Shown in pieces: positions 25,740-38,208 of a DNA stretch of 60,000 nucleotides. The notes below the pieces were generated by a model. The model was not told where the DNA came from. It saw nothing but the letters and a program-made list of their open reading frames with translations, and searched no databases. The position numbers and the translations under genes were made by a program. The DNA comes from Lytechinus pictus (lineage: Eukaryota): positions 12,712,001 to 12,772,000 of the forward strand of contig NC_087251.1 of NCBI RefSeq assembly GCF_037042905.1, read 5' to 3'. How positions within the stretch are numbered: position 1 is the first letter of the stretch; the number at the start of each line of letters is the position of its first letter.

Positions 25740-28353
25740 AGGGGAATCCAACCCAAATAAAAACGTGTTTTTATAAGGAAAAGAAAAATCAGACAAGTTG
25801 ATAGGTGATAGTTTGAACAATATTGGACAAACAACAAGAAAGTTATGAAATTTTAAATGTTGTAAATATTGGTAATCACTATACCCATGGAGACTTCAAA
25901 TTGGCCGCATATGGGATGTCATAGTGATGTAAGGCCATAGAGATGTATACTAATTACGCTAGAGTGCAGAGTCGCCATAGGCGCGCGTACTTAACGTCTG
26001 TGATTGCGTGGAGCGTGGTCGGCCATTGCTCGATAGGTCTAGATTCGCAAAAGTACCCGGATGTACCCATAGCTCGTACGATGTAACGCTGTGAAAAAGG
26101 GATGCTGTCTCCGGCTTTTATCTTGAAGAAAATAATCCAACCTAATTACAATTGAAAATATGAATGACAATTTTTTTACATCTCAATAAGCTATTAGTGT
26201 GATTACATAGGGATTATGCAATTAATTTATCTTTTTATATGAATTCTCGGAATTAAATTCTCCTAAATAATTTGCATAAAATTATGATTACCTGTCCGTT
26301 TACAGACCTATTAGAGATAATAATAGATAGAAATATTGATAATATCACATAAATAAAAAGAAAAATAAAATAAAACATACAAACATTAAAAGTAATTTTT
26401 TTTACAATCAATTAAAAAGACAGTGAATTGGTCCATCTTCTCTTGATTTCCCTGGCTTATACATCGTCCTTTGGCACAATAATTCATTATCCATATGATT
26501 CCATGTTCTCATGACCAAATTGTTTATGACGGATATAATTTTGTAATTTTAGTTCAATTCAATTCCATTCATTTCACTATAATTCAATTCATTTAAAAAA
26601 ATTTCATTTCCATTCAAACATAATACCAAGTAATATAAATCGGATAGTTAGGCCCTACAATTTCACAGATGAACATTCTTATCTTGTAAGAAAAAACAGT
26701 AGGCCTATAAAATTGAGCATAAATGGCCAACTATATGTAACTTGCCTTAATTTGTATGAAATGTATACAAGTTTTTTTTTATGTCATTTGTATAAGTTAA
26801 TAGTGTTCGGATCTTTGATTACTCTTTTATTAGCATGCAAGTATAGAATATTTTTAAAGGGCATCTCATTTATATTTTTTCTTTGTGAGCCTCCCGTTAT
26901 ATGTATCTCTTTCAGGATATTGTTATCAGTTGGTTTTATACACTCAGTTATAGTAATAATATTCTTTGTATAGTATAATACAAATTATAATATCCAACTC
27001 CCGCTCTGTTTCTTCTCCTCTCCTTCTCCTTCTTCCTCTCCTTAATTATTATTCGATCCTTGATTTGTTCACATATTATTGGTCCAATCAAAGGATCATA
27101 AACCCAGCGATATGTCAGCAGAATATTTCAGCCGGTTTGCCGATCAGCATTATATTTCAGCTGGGGGTGGGGAACTTGGAATCAAGTCTAGATTTTCCAG
27201 AAAACACGCATTGTAATTTGTTTATCATGTTTGCAAGGCAATACTGTAAACATAATTTCCCCCATTAGGCCTCGATCCTGTACATTGCAAAATGCATGCG
27301 CGCATTTGATATGCAAATTTTGCTGTCAACAAACTTTTCTACATTGATTTGCACGTAAGAAAGTAATCAAAGTGATCGAATGGTTGCCAATATTGGAAAC
27401 ATCTAAATCATAAACTTATAGATTCATCAATTAACTGGACCAATGCGTAAATCATTTTAAAATATTATCAATAAAAAGTCATTTTAGGACTCACGAGTTA
27501 TTATGATGACGGTTACATTGACGTTTTAAACCATGGGAAAAAGGAGATGCCCTATTCTGATTTCTATGTGTAGATCTAGTATTTTTTTTAAATGAAGAAA
27601 TAAATAATCAGCATCATGGTTATGCCTTGGCCTACATGTTATTTCTAATATTCATCCCTTCCAAATCATTAGAAAATAAAAGTCATATTAATGTATCGAA
27701 ATGTTTAATATGACCATAGCAAAAACAATTGGGGATTTATCATTGGCCTGTATATTATGTGCTTTTGATATTCCTATATAGGCATTTTTGCCGCATTTTT
27801 GTCCTCAGTTTTGTTAGATTTTGTGTTAATCTAAACTTTAATTCTGTACATTCATTACTATTTAACTTTTCCATTTGCTTTCGCGCTCATATGTCATCAT
27901 TTTGTTCCGTTTCTGTGCTTTCACTGTACATGCCCAATAGGTACTGTACGCGCATGGCAGGCTGCAAAGACCTATCGAGTAATGGCGGCCGGTCTCCGCG
28001 TAATCACAGCGATTTGACGAAGTACGCCCTCTAGCGTTATTAGTATATATCTCTATGTGTAAGGCAAGGACTACTCTTCCATGTACTCCAATTCATATAT
28101 TGGCTAAAATATAATTTTTCCCAAAAGTTTTATTTCAAATTATATTTTTCTTTGGGAAAGTTGTCCTTGCCCCTTGTCAAAATTTACTTACCCAGTTGCC
28201 AATTTGAAATCTACATAGTATTAGTGATCTCAATTTCAAAGCAGCTATAACTTTCTTATTGCTTGTCCGATTTCTTTCAAACTTTCACCATTCCGTTTAA
28301 TTTATTTTTCTCCTTCCCAACACAACATTTTATGGCCAAGGCTGAATTCCCCT
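25740..28353. mobile_element. Kolobok-like MITE (~480 bp net) split by a 2.1-kb insertion
   Basis: TTAA|AGGGGAATCCAACC ... GGCTGAATTCCCCT|TTAA (25736-25739, 28354-28357). Confidence 0.88.
25936..28057. mobile_element. Non-autonomous P-element-like DNA transposon, 2122 bp
   Basis: 29-bp TIR CATAGAGATGTATACTAATTACGCTAGAG / CTCTAGCGTTATTAGTATATATCTCTATG (2 mismatches), further subterminal symmetry, perfect 8-bp TSD TGTAAGGC (25928-25935, 28058-28065); no transposase ORF. Confidence 0.9.
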
Positions 28354-29565
28354 TTAAGTATTGTGATCAATGCACCATTAATGGGCAGGCCATGCACACT
28401 CAAAAGCGGGTTTACAAGCAATCTTTCTTGCAAGAAATTTTGTAGACGAATATAAGGAAGTCACGTTACGAAAGCTAGTCATCTACACTGTACATGTATC
28501 TTTAAACTTGATCTTATCTTGCAATAACGCAAATTGTGTCCCCACAATAAAAGAAAAAACACAAGTTACACAACTCAAAGTAAGGATATTTGGGAGAAGA
28601 AAATCTCTGATCATCAGCTCTGTACATAATCAAGAGTGAAATTACTGGTGAATTTCAATCTTGAACAGGTAGGTGATGTAGTCTTCAGCAAAATGATTTA
28701 CATGTATATCAATGATTAAGTCACTTCTGATGGATCTAACCCTTTGTTTCTTCACATACAATCAAAAAGGAATTTAAAAAAGTAATAAAAATGTCTCCAT
28801 TGCTCCTCTTGGCATAAAACAAGCCAAGGAGACTCCATTGGCAGACAATATGTATCTTCACTGACTATCCACTGACAATAACCTGTTACACGCCCTTCAA
28901 AAACACCATAGTCTCGAAACATTACATAAATTCAATACAGCAATTTAGTAACTTGATCTTGAATGCATTTTTTTTCAAGACATTCACGTCATACTCGTCC
29001 TTGCTCATTCGCCCATGTGACTTTGAGACATATGAATCAAGATGGTCTTCTCCCCTGCTGTTAATAAAAGAAATTTTCAAAATCACAATCTTCTCTTCGG
29101 GAGACGTCTTAGGAAAAAAGAGATTGGTTCGTATTTAGAACACTGCCATGTTTTGGTCAAAATACTGATGTTCAACAGTCCTCACACTTACCCAGTTCAG
29201 TAATTCGTAACTGTGACTTTCAGTTCAATAAAAAAGAAGATCAATGCCATCATAAAAATCATTATTCTTCATAAAACAGTCCCCTGATATTTTTTTTGTA
29301 CAATATGTGTCTACTATCTAACATTTTACTACCAAACAAAATTTAATGCATTGCTCTGAAAATGTCCGCAAACAAGTTTGGGCATTTATGTCTCTGAAAC
29401 AGAGTGCCACAAATAGAAATCTATAAAAAATAATATTAGATTTTAATAAGCACATAATATTAACTACTTAATTCTCTATGTGCTTTAAAAGAAAATATAT
29501 TTAACTCAACTTATTCAAACTAATCTATTTTAGGACATAAATTATAAACCAAAGACACAATTTAA

Positions 29566-30154
29566 AGGGATGCTCCAGGCTGAAAATATTTTTTTTTAAT
29601 AAATAGCATAAAATTCAGAGCAAAATGCTGAAAACATCATTAAAATCTGGTAACAAATAGCAAAGTTTTTAAATTCTTAAGTCTAGCAATATATTGTGAA
29701 AACAGTTATATGCACGTCATGAATATTCATTAGATGATGATGTCACATCCCCGCTTTCCTTTTTCTTATGTTATTACATTAAATCATAATTGTTTCTTTT
29801 TTCATATATGTGTGAATGACATGTCTCCCTTTAATGAAATAAGTTGCAGCAATGAATATCTAATAATCAGTTGTTATTCCAACATTTTGGAAATTTTCTT
29901 GAAGGAAAAATTGTGAATAAACCTAATTTCATACAATAAAATACAAAAGAACAAGTGGGGATATGACATCACCAGTTTGCTCATTGAGTATTCATGAAGA
30001 CGTGCCTAGAACTGTTCACCGGAATAATGCGAATCTTAAAAATGTCATAACTGTTTAAATTCCTTGTCCGATTTTGATCAGATTTTCAGTGTTTTGTTGG
30101 TCTGATTTTTCTTAATCTGTTAAAATCATATCATTTCCAGCCTGGAGTATCCCT
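29566..30154. mobile_element. Kolobok-like MITE
   Basis: TTAA|AGGGATGCTCCAGGCTG ... CAGCCTGGAGTATCCCT|TTAA; quasi-palindromic body. Confidence 0.9.
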
Positions 30155-30343
30155 TTAAGATCTATAAGGTTGCATTTCCTGTTATACATGAACTTAAGGT
30201 AAATGACCTCAAATTATTGCAGCTTTGTTCTGTGCATTATGCATTATCATGCTATTTATACTGTTACTTTTGACTGTCACAAAAAGGGCTATTGTGTCTC
30301 TTGCGTGCGTCTCTATTCAGTAAGACAAAATTTTCAAATCATA

Positions 30344-30971
30344 CCCCTTTCATATTGCGCTTTTCACCGGCGAACTTCGCCAGCGAAGGGGAAAGTGTCC
30401 AGTATGAAAGGTACACAGGAGAACTTCACCGGTGAACTTCGCCGGCGAAACTGTTTCACCGGCGAAGTTCGCCGGTGAAAAGGCCAGTATGAAAGCAAAC
30501 CGGAGAACTTCTCCTCTTAAATGACGTCAGAGGTCAATTTTTTTCTCTCCCGAAGTCCTTTGTACCGAGATTCCGCGTGCGATAGTTGCAAGCTCAGCTG
30601 AATGCTATGGCCAAGTAGATACCCTCGAAAATAATTTTTTTTTTACTAACAATATTTATTAAAAAGCACTTTTTACATGTATAAAATGCGCTAAAATATA
30701 AAAACAAGGTGATATTGTTTGTTTTATTGTACGTAATACTTCCAAATTATGTTATAATTATTTTTTGATACCTTTTTTGTAATAGGTAAGAAGTAATGTT
30801 TTACAATTTTCTTTCGTTTGTTCTGCAATAGCCTGTTGACTTTCGCCGGGGAAGAAATGTCAGTGCGAAAGGGTACATTTTTTTCTTCGCCGGGGAAGTG
30901 AGGAATGCGAGGCGGAGAAGTTCGCCGGTGAAGTTCACCGGTGAAAAATGAAGAGGGCAGTATGAAAGGGG
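30344..30971. mobile_element. TA-flanked MITE (family E), superfamily unassigned
   Basis: TA|CCCCTTTCATA ... TATGAAAGGGG|TA; many TTCRCCGGYGAA palindromes near both ends. Confidence 0.9.
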
Positions 30972-33900
30972 TATCAGTTTTGGAGAGTATTTTAACTGAT
31001 ATCAAGCTGGCCATCATTCAGGTAAATGCATAGAGGTGTTTAAAGGGGCAGACCAGCATATTGGATGATTTCAAGTTGGTGTTAAAAGCTTGTGTTGGTG
31101 TAATGCTGTATTTCAGTTTAAATGGCTATTACTGAGAGAATTCATTTATTATGTCTATGAAATTACCAGCACCCCTAGTTTCAATAAGCACCTTAAGTCT
31201 CTTTAATGCATGATTTATTTGTTGTATGGTCTATAATTATGTCAATATATATCTATCATCGACTCAATGTAACCTTAGGTAAAGCGCTACCATACAAATG
31301 TGAATAGCATTTCTTAAATACGAGTATTATCATTATAGAGAGGAAATGAACTGAGAGTGTTGCTTTGTCAGTGTACGAGTAAACATAATTCAGGCAACAG
31401 TATTGAAATACTAGTATATAGTAACATAAAAAACAACAACACAAATATGCTCAATTCCTGTCACATTACAATGTACTCGTTTACGATCAGAATGGTTGAT
31501 TTGTGTGCAAACAAAATGGAAAGAAATTGGGCGGAAGAAATAAAATCAACAATAGTTTTTTACTTTTTTTACATATCTCACTGATAAATGATCACATAGG
31601 CCCATATAAATTTCATAGAACCAGATAATATAATTTAATCTGTTTATTTATTTAGTGTGAAAATCCTGCTCATGCATGTATAAAATTCATTGAATTGATT
31701 TCAGGTTTATTTCAAGAATTTCAACTTTTCAATACAATTTTTTATTTTTATAGAGGAAGAGCAACCATGGGTATGATGGCATTGAAGTATTTTCTCACCT
31801 CTAAAAAGGGTAAACTATTTATCTACCAGGTTTTGAGGTTTTGAATTACTCTCCTTGTTTTATATCACAATCTTCAATTTTAAAAAGGCAATATAAACAA
31901 AATACAACAAATCTTGTCCGAAAAAAGAGGGTTATTTTATGAATTTTTTGCGTGTGAGAAATCTCAAGCAGCAAATATTTACAGAAAAAATGTCATCCTC
32001 TGTAAATTCTTCATTATTTCAACAACAAAAAACTTCCATCAGAAATAAATCACGAGGGAATTTTCTATTTGCTCAAGGGATTTCATTTTCAACAGGAGCT
32101 TGTGGAATCCACAAAAATGAAAAAATATGATCAAGACTCCAAGAGGGAGGAAATACATATTTCTTGAGAGGTAGATAAATATTTATTTTTCTAGGCAAAC
32201 CTGTCGATATTGGATACCCAAACTTGTACAGTATTGATACAAGGTTATCGATTCCACGCATTTGCCAAGGACAGAGGAAAATTGAGATCTACGAACTATG
32301 AACACCATTAGAATTGATCAAATTAAGAATTTCATACTTTTTGCAATTATCTTTTTAGTGTATGAACCAAAATCAACCTGGCTGGGGGGGGGGGGCACAA
32401 AAACAAGCAAGATATTCCCAACATTGAAAAAATAAATCAGCAAACTGCTCTTCAAGAAAGTTATAGCTACACAACTATAGTCTTCAAACTTCAAACTAGA
32501 AATCTCAACGAAGAAAAAGATAATGCATAATGCGCCAAGAAACAAGGTATTTGATACCAACACTGTATTTAGCATAACATAATATGGTACAGTTTGCTAG
32601 GGTTGAATTATTTGCCAACAAAAGAAAGGTGGACAAAGAATTATGGCATCTTAATTCTTGACATCTTGCTCAAAATCTACAGAGATTCTTTGATGTAAAA
32701 AAAAAAATTATTTTCTTGCCGAAGTATATAGGATCACTGTAATTTGCATAAATTTCAAACAACAGCATGAACATTCCTGAATAATGCACAAGTCAATTCA
32801 AATTTATAATATCTTATTTCAAGAGTGGAAGCATACTGAGATCTTATGATACTCTCAAAGAAATAGGTACATCAAGTATATGTTTATTTGACTTTTTAAA
32901 ATCAGTCCTTCAGATGACTTAAGGACATATGCTTAAACTTTGGACATGTTCAATAAAATTGAATGCTGTCTAAGGAAAGTCCTTAGGAGGCAGATGGTAT
33001 CGCTAGACGGCAGTATATGTCGGGGCCATTAACAATATAAAAAATTGGTTACATTTCCTGATTAATCATGTCTAATTCCTCTGAAATTACAAAGCACGAA
33101 CACGAAGATCATGACATGCACCTTGTACATCCATAACAAAAGTCTAGAATAATGAAAATTTACAAAAATAGCAGAAACTTTGACATGACGACATCTATAT
33201 TGATTTGAAAACTATCCTTGCCAAGCCAAGGTAATTCAGAAAAAACATAGCCATGTATACTTCCAGATCAATACCCTAATCATCTAATTGGTTAGGGAAG
33301 TATGAGACCGAGTACATTCAGACCAGGGGGAATTTCTAGATATCAAGTAACTCAAATTGATAACCAAATCAGCAATGGCAAAGTAAAGCATTCAAAATCA
33401 ATATTAAAAAAGGTTTTCAAGACATTCAAGATAGGCCCTGAAATGTTTACTGAACGACTAATTATACATGGTGAGAATGAAAAATTTCTCATCCTGCCTT
33501 CAGTTTTTTTCTAAACTTACATAAAAAGTGTTATACCACAGGTCATTTACACAAGAGATTTTTGTTCCTTGATGCACATTGATGTACATGTATGTACATG
33601 AAGATATACCATAACTTTACAGTAATCTCAAGCAACGCTTTCAAACTATGAATGCATGAAGTACGAACATATTTCATAACAATATACCAAGCGAGGAAGC
33701 AACCGATAAGATCATTAAGCAGAATTTATGCTAATTACTTTATCCATGTTAACAAACAGCACAACAACAATAACAAAGTTTAAACAACAGTGTAATGAAT
33801 GAAATAAAAACATGATGGTCTGAATGTGATATCTGTGACCTGATTCATGAACAGGATGCAGTCAGAGCATGGACCAGTCCATGGTCAGACGATTCCCTGA

Positions 33901-34977
33901 AAAGGATGAAAGGAGATAGAGTGGCAAAAGGGCATTATTCAATCAATGCTGGTTCCCTCTCTCTCTTTCCATACAATAAAGGGGCTGTGGAATGGAGGGG
34001 GGGGGGGTTGAGGGGCTTGAGCTCTGACCACCCCCACTTTTTTACATCAACATACATACTGCACAAAAGCATAAAAATTACCAATCGATTAGGTTTATTC
34101 AGTATTTGCATGATCACCTCCACCCTCCCCCACACACACACCCTCACACACATTCACAACTATTCTGCAGCCCCTAAAACAGATTCTCTGGGCAAGGTAA
34201 AATTGTATTTTCAGGCTTACATGATGAAGGCCTACAAGCAGTAAGACCAAAAATGGGAATAATTGATGGCAAAATGACCACAGAAGGAAACGGGCCATCA
34301 AAACTCAATTCAGGAAGTGTGCATCGGGAAGAAAAAATGCAACAATGCCAACACATTCTATCATCCAAGGTTTGCAAGTATGATGATGTCACAAAGCATC
34401 CAGTGTGACGTTAACAAAAGAATGTAACACGCAATACAAGTTAGCAAAGAAAACACATACTTACACGTGCAAAACGACTCCTTTCCACACGATGGTACTA
34501 GGACCTACTATGTTTTAAGAGGTTGGAGTGTAATATGGATGTGGATATCATTTTGGTTGAAAAGGCAGACACAATTCAAATTACTCTATTGTTATGACTG
34601 CAGCTCATAAACTTCACTAAACAACATGTGTATTAATGCATGACCGAAATGGATGGGTATGTGTGGTGTATGGGAGACTATTCACAGACCGACTACACAA
34701 TTTACCCTGGAATAAAAGTTTTGAAAGTTTACCCTGACTAATATAGGGTGTCCCTCTATCAAGTCTATGCTGCAATTCAATAATTCAGTTGTCAACTGGG
34801 TATCATACCTATTAATCAAAGGTTTCCTTTCTTCCTTTTCTCTATAAATAAACAGTAAATGAACAAAAACATTCAATTGAATATCTGATGTTAATTCAAA
34901 ACCAAACTAGTTGATTTAGATTCCGACCTCGTAAAGAACTGATTGGAAAGTTCAATGAGGAAACAACCTTCTCATTA

Positions 34978-35448
34978 GGTGGTTTCAGACCGTCTCCAAG
35001 TTCGTCAGTTCCAGGTATTCTCTGATCGGGAAATTTACCCCGATCAGAAAATACCAGGTATTTGATAATGTGAAAGCAAACTACGCGTAAATTCCCCGAA
35101 AGAAAATACCCGCTAAATAGTAGGTACTTGGCGAAATTACGAGAACTTTCGCGGGGATTTTCCAAGGTCGCAGGTAATTTGGCAATGTGAAAGCAATTTA
35201 CGGGAACTTTTAGCCCAGCGTGTCGTTGGGCGCGGGCGCCGTGGGTGGCTGCTGGGCTAGTGGTTTTAATCTCGCGCCTTGCCTGCTTATTAGACCATAC
35301 TGCGCATGCTCCTAACTTCAGGAATTTATCCCGAAGGGTATGTTTCGGGGCGGTGTGAAAGCAGGAATAATTAATGGGTATTTTTTAGCCTAAAAATGTT
35401 CTCGTAATTTAACGGGGATTCTTGTGATCGAGGCGGTTTGAAACCGCC
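34978..35448. mobile_element. GG...CC-terminated MITE flanked by TA (Harbinger/ISL2EU-like)
   Basis: TA|GGTGGTTTCAGACCG ... CGGTTTGAAACCGCC|TA; CpG-rich. Confidence 0.88.
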
Positions 35449-36592
35449 TATTGACCACTTTTTAACTGACCATTGTCACATATTCAAGTGAAATTAAAGC
35501 ATGTTTAGAATGAGATCTTATTAAAATACATCCTTCTTTTAATAACAAAGAATAGGAGTTAGCTGGAACATACCTTTATGCTTGCTAAATTTTCCTCCTT
35601 TGCTCAAAGCATTCCAACCAGGGTTTTGAGGGATTGTAACAGCTTTCATTGTATAATAGTGAAGTACCTGCAATTTTCGCATCATCAATTTAAAACTATA
35701 ATGTTCAATGATGTATGATCTTCAAAAACATATAATCCACCTCCATTGGATTGCTTTAAAAACAAGTTCTATTTTCAACCTATATGATTTTCATTGGTTT
35801 TGCTCTGATATACATTCAAAAATTCAAATGTAATTAAAATTTAGAATTGCTCGCATTTGTAATTTCACTAATTCCAGAACCTAAATTCATACAAACTAAA
35901 ATCCTTAGTGTACACAAATGAGAGTCGGTGAATTTACTGGTATTTATGCGTCCTCCTTTTTTACACAAAGTTTATTTTGTTAATACATGTAGGACCCTAG
36001 ATGGACAAAATACTGCAATATTAGCACAATATTGCAATATACAAATTCATATTTTTATAGACTCCAACCCCAGCACCTTCTGATCTGGAAATTCTCCCAC
36101 CTGGATTCGCGCACATCACGAGCGCAAAGTCCCTTGCGGCCGGGGTCCAGGGCCCGGAAGCTCTAGGGTTTTAGACGCTCTCTCAGGCTAATTTTTCAAT
36201 ATATGAAGGCACCAGTGGCGTAATGAGCCAAAAACAGAGACAGAGAGGAATAATGGTCTGCTTTGGATAGATGAAGTATATTGTCTACAGGTGCAGATAT
36301 CACTTTTTAGGCTAACCACTATTTGTACACCTCAGTCAAAATACTGCAACGTTTTGTAATATTGCAATATACTGAGGTGTATATGAACAGATATTGTGAA
36401 AATGAGCACATGTATATAAAGGTATAAGTTACAGGTAGTTCTTTCTCTCCACTCAAATATAGGCACATAATATGACGATGAACATACATGCACCATATGG
36501 TGCATTGTACACAAAAATGATAACAAGATGGTATGTACACAAAATATGTACAAAATAATGTATTGAAAATCACTTCAAAATTAAATGCGCTA

Positions 36593-36829
36593 AACTCGAA
36601 ATTCCAAGGATTTAAAATAAATCCAGATCGGCTGTGAATTTAGACTAGCCAAATTTTGGATTCATTTCTTATCTTTAGGATTAGCTTTTAAATTGCAAAT
36701 GATTTAAATTTAAAACTAAATCTTTTAGCTTTATTTTTAAATCCTAATTGTTTAATCTTAATCTGATATTCAGCCGGTCACTATTCACAGCTGATCTGGA
36801 TTTATTTTAAATCCTTGGAATTTAGAGTG
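36593..36829. mobile_element. Palindromic ~237-bp MITE, CACTA/EnSpm-like ends
   Basis: AAATTCCAAGGATTTAAAATAAATCCAGATC...GATCTGGATTTATTTTAAATCCTTGGAATTTAGAGTG|TA. Confidence 0.85.
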
Positions 36830-37550
36830 TAGTATAATTACATTGACGGCAAGTAAAAAAGTCCTTTCCAAAATATAACATGTTGCTTTATAAGGGAACA
36901 AAAAGTGAAATTAATAACATTATTAATAAAATATTCTGACACGTTTACAATAGCGGTTCTGTTAATACTTCCCCAGAAACCCTGATTCTGGTCAAACGAC
37001 ATTTTAAAACATACCTTTTTGAAAGTTTACGATCGGCGTTCTGAAACGTTGTTTAAATGAAAGAAAGCATAAAACGCAACCGTGTTTTGGCCTAATCACG
37101 TATAAAAACACTGATTCTGGCCTGAAAAGTGGAAGCATTTATAAACATGCCCCTGAACCAGTCCTGGCTAAAAATGGCTATAGAAACTTCCTCTTTCAAC
37201 TTCACATTCATGAAGACAAAATTTCAGAGCAAGCATACAGCGAACTCACTGAACTAATTAATGATGGAGATCACAGATTATAAACCACAGCCAATCAATT
37301 CACCATTTCATACACATGGCCAATTGTTACATTGAAAGCAAATAAGTGCTGGAGTGAATGAAAAGGGAATACAGGGTTCCAAAATGGACTTTCCACAATA
37401 TTGTTTTTTCTTTCCAGAATTTAGATTTTATGAATCATGGCAATGGCGGGAATAATAAAAACAAATGTTTTGTATTGGGCAATTCAGCACAGATAAGTAA
37501 GAATTACTTAGGAATAAAGCAGTTGAATATGCACTCTGTTGGTATAAGTG

Positions 37551-37785
37551 TACTCTAAATTCCAAGGATTTAAAATAAATCAAGATCGGCTGTGAATAGT
37601 GACCAGCCAAGTATTGGATTTCGTTCTAACACTTGTAGATTTAAATATAAATCTAAAACATTTGAATCTAATCAATCTTTTGAGATTTGAAAGTTAATCC
37701 TGAAGATTTAGAATAAATCCATCATTTGGCTGGTCACTATCCACAGCCGATTTGGATTTATTCAAAATCCTTGAAATTCAGAGTG
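37551..37785. mobile_element. Second copy of the palindromic ~237-bp MITE
   Basis: ACTCTAAATTCCAAGGATTTAAAATAAATC.AGATCGGCTGTGAATAGTGACCAGCC ... GGCTGGTCACTATCCACAGCCGAT...CAGAGTG|TA. Confidence 0.85.
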
Positions 37786-38208
37786 TACAATGAAAATAAG
37801 TAAGCTCAGAAAGACACTTAAAAAACGAAACACCAGTTAGTTTCAATTGGAAAAAAATATATATCGGGCTCAATATTTTGAATAAAAAATTCAAAATCAA
37901 AATCAACATTGTTTTTTATCAATCAGTATGATTTCAATATTGATCTTACACCATCTATAAATCAGTCAGACTTGATAATTAGATAGTTTAAATCAGAATG
38001 AAGCTAGCTTATGCAAGCTTGTTTTCTGCGAGAGTCAGTTGGTTCTTTCTATCTCTATGTTATTGTTTAGGCACATACATTGTTCAACTGTATCCTGATA
38101 GCTGGTAAATATTTCTACAGTGTAAATCTACAGTCCTAAGCTGCTGTATTTGTTTATCTCGCTTGAGTAATTAGGTAGTGGGAAATTTTAAAAAAATCTA
38201 CCATCTTA

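Noticed and set aside
32995..33025. CTCF-like CGCTAGACGGCAGTA
   Set aside because: Single partial match with no other support.
33840..33896. Strong minus-strand acceptor (ctctatctcctttcatccttttcAG)
   Set aside because: All three frames stop within ~55 nt and there is no good donor; cannot support a coding exon.
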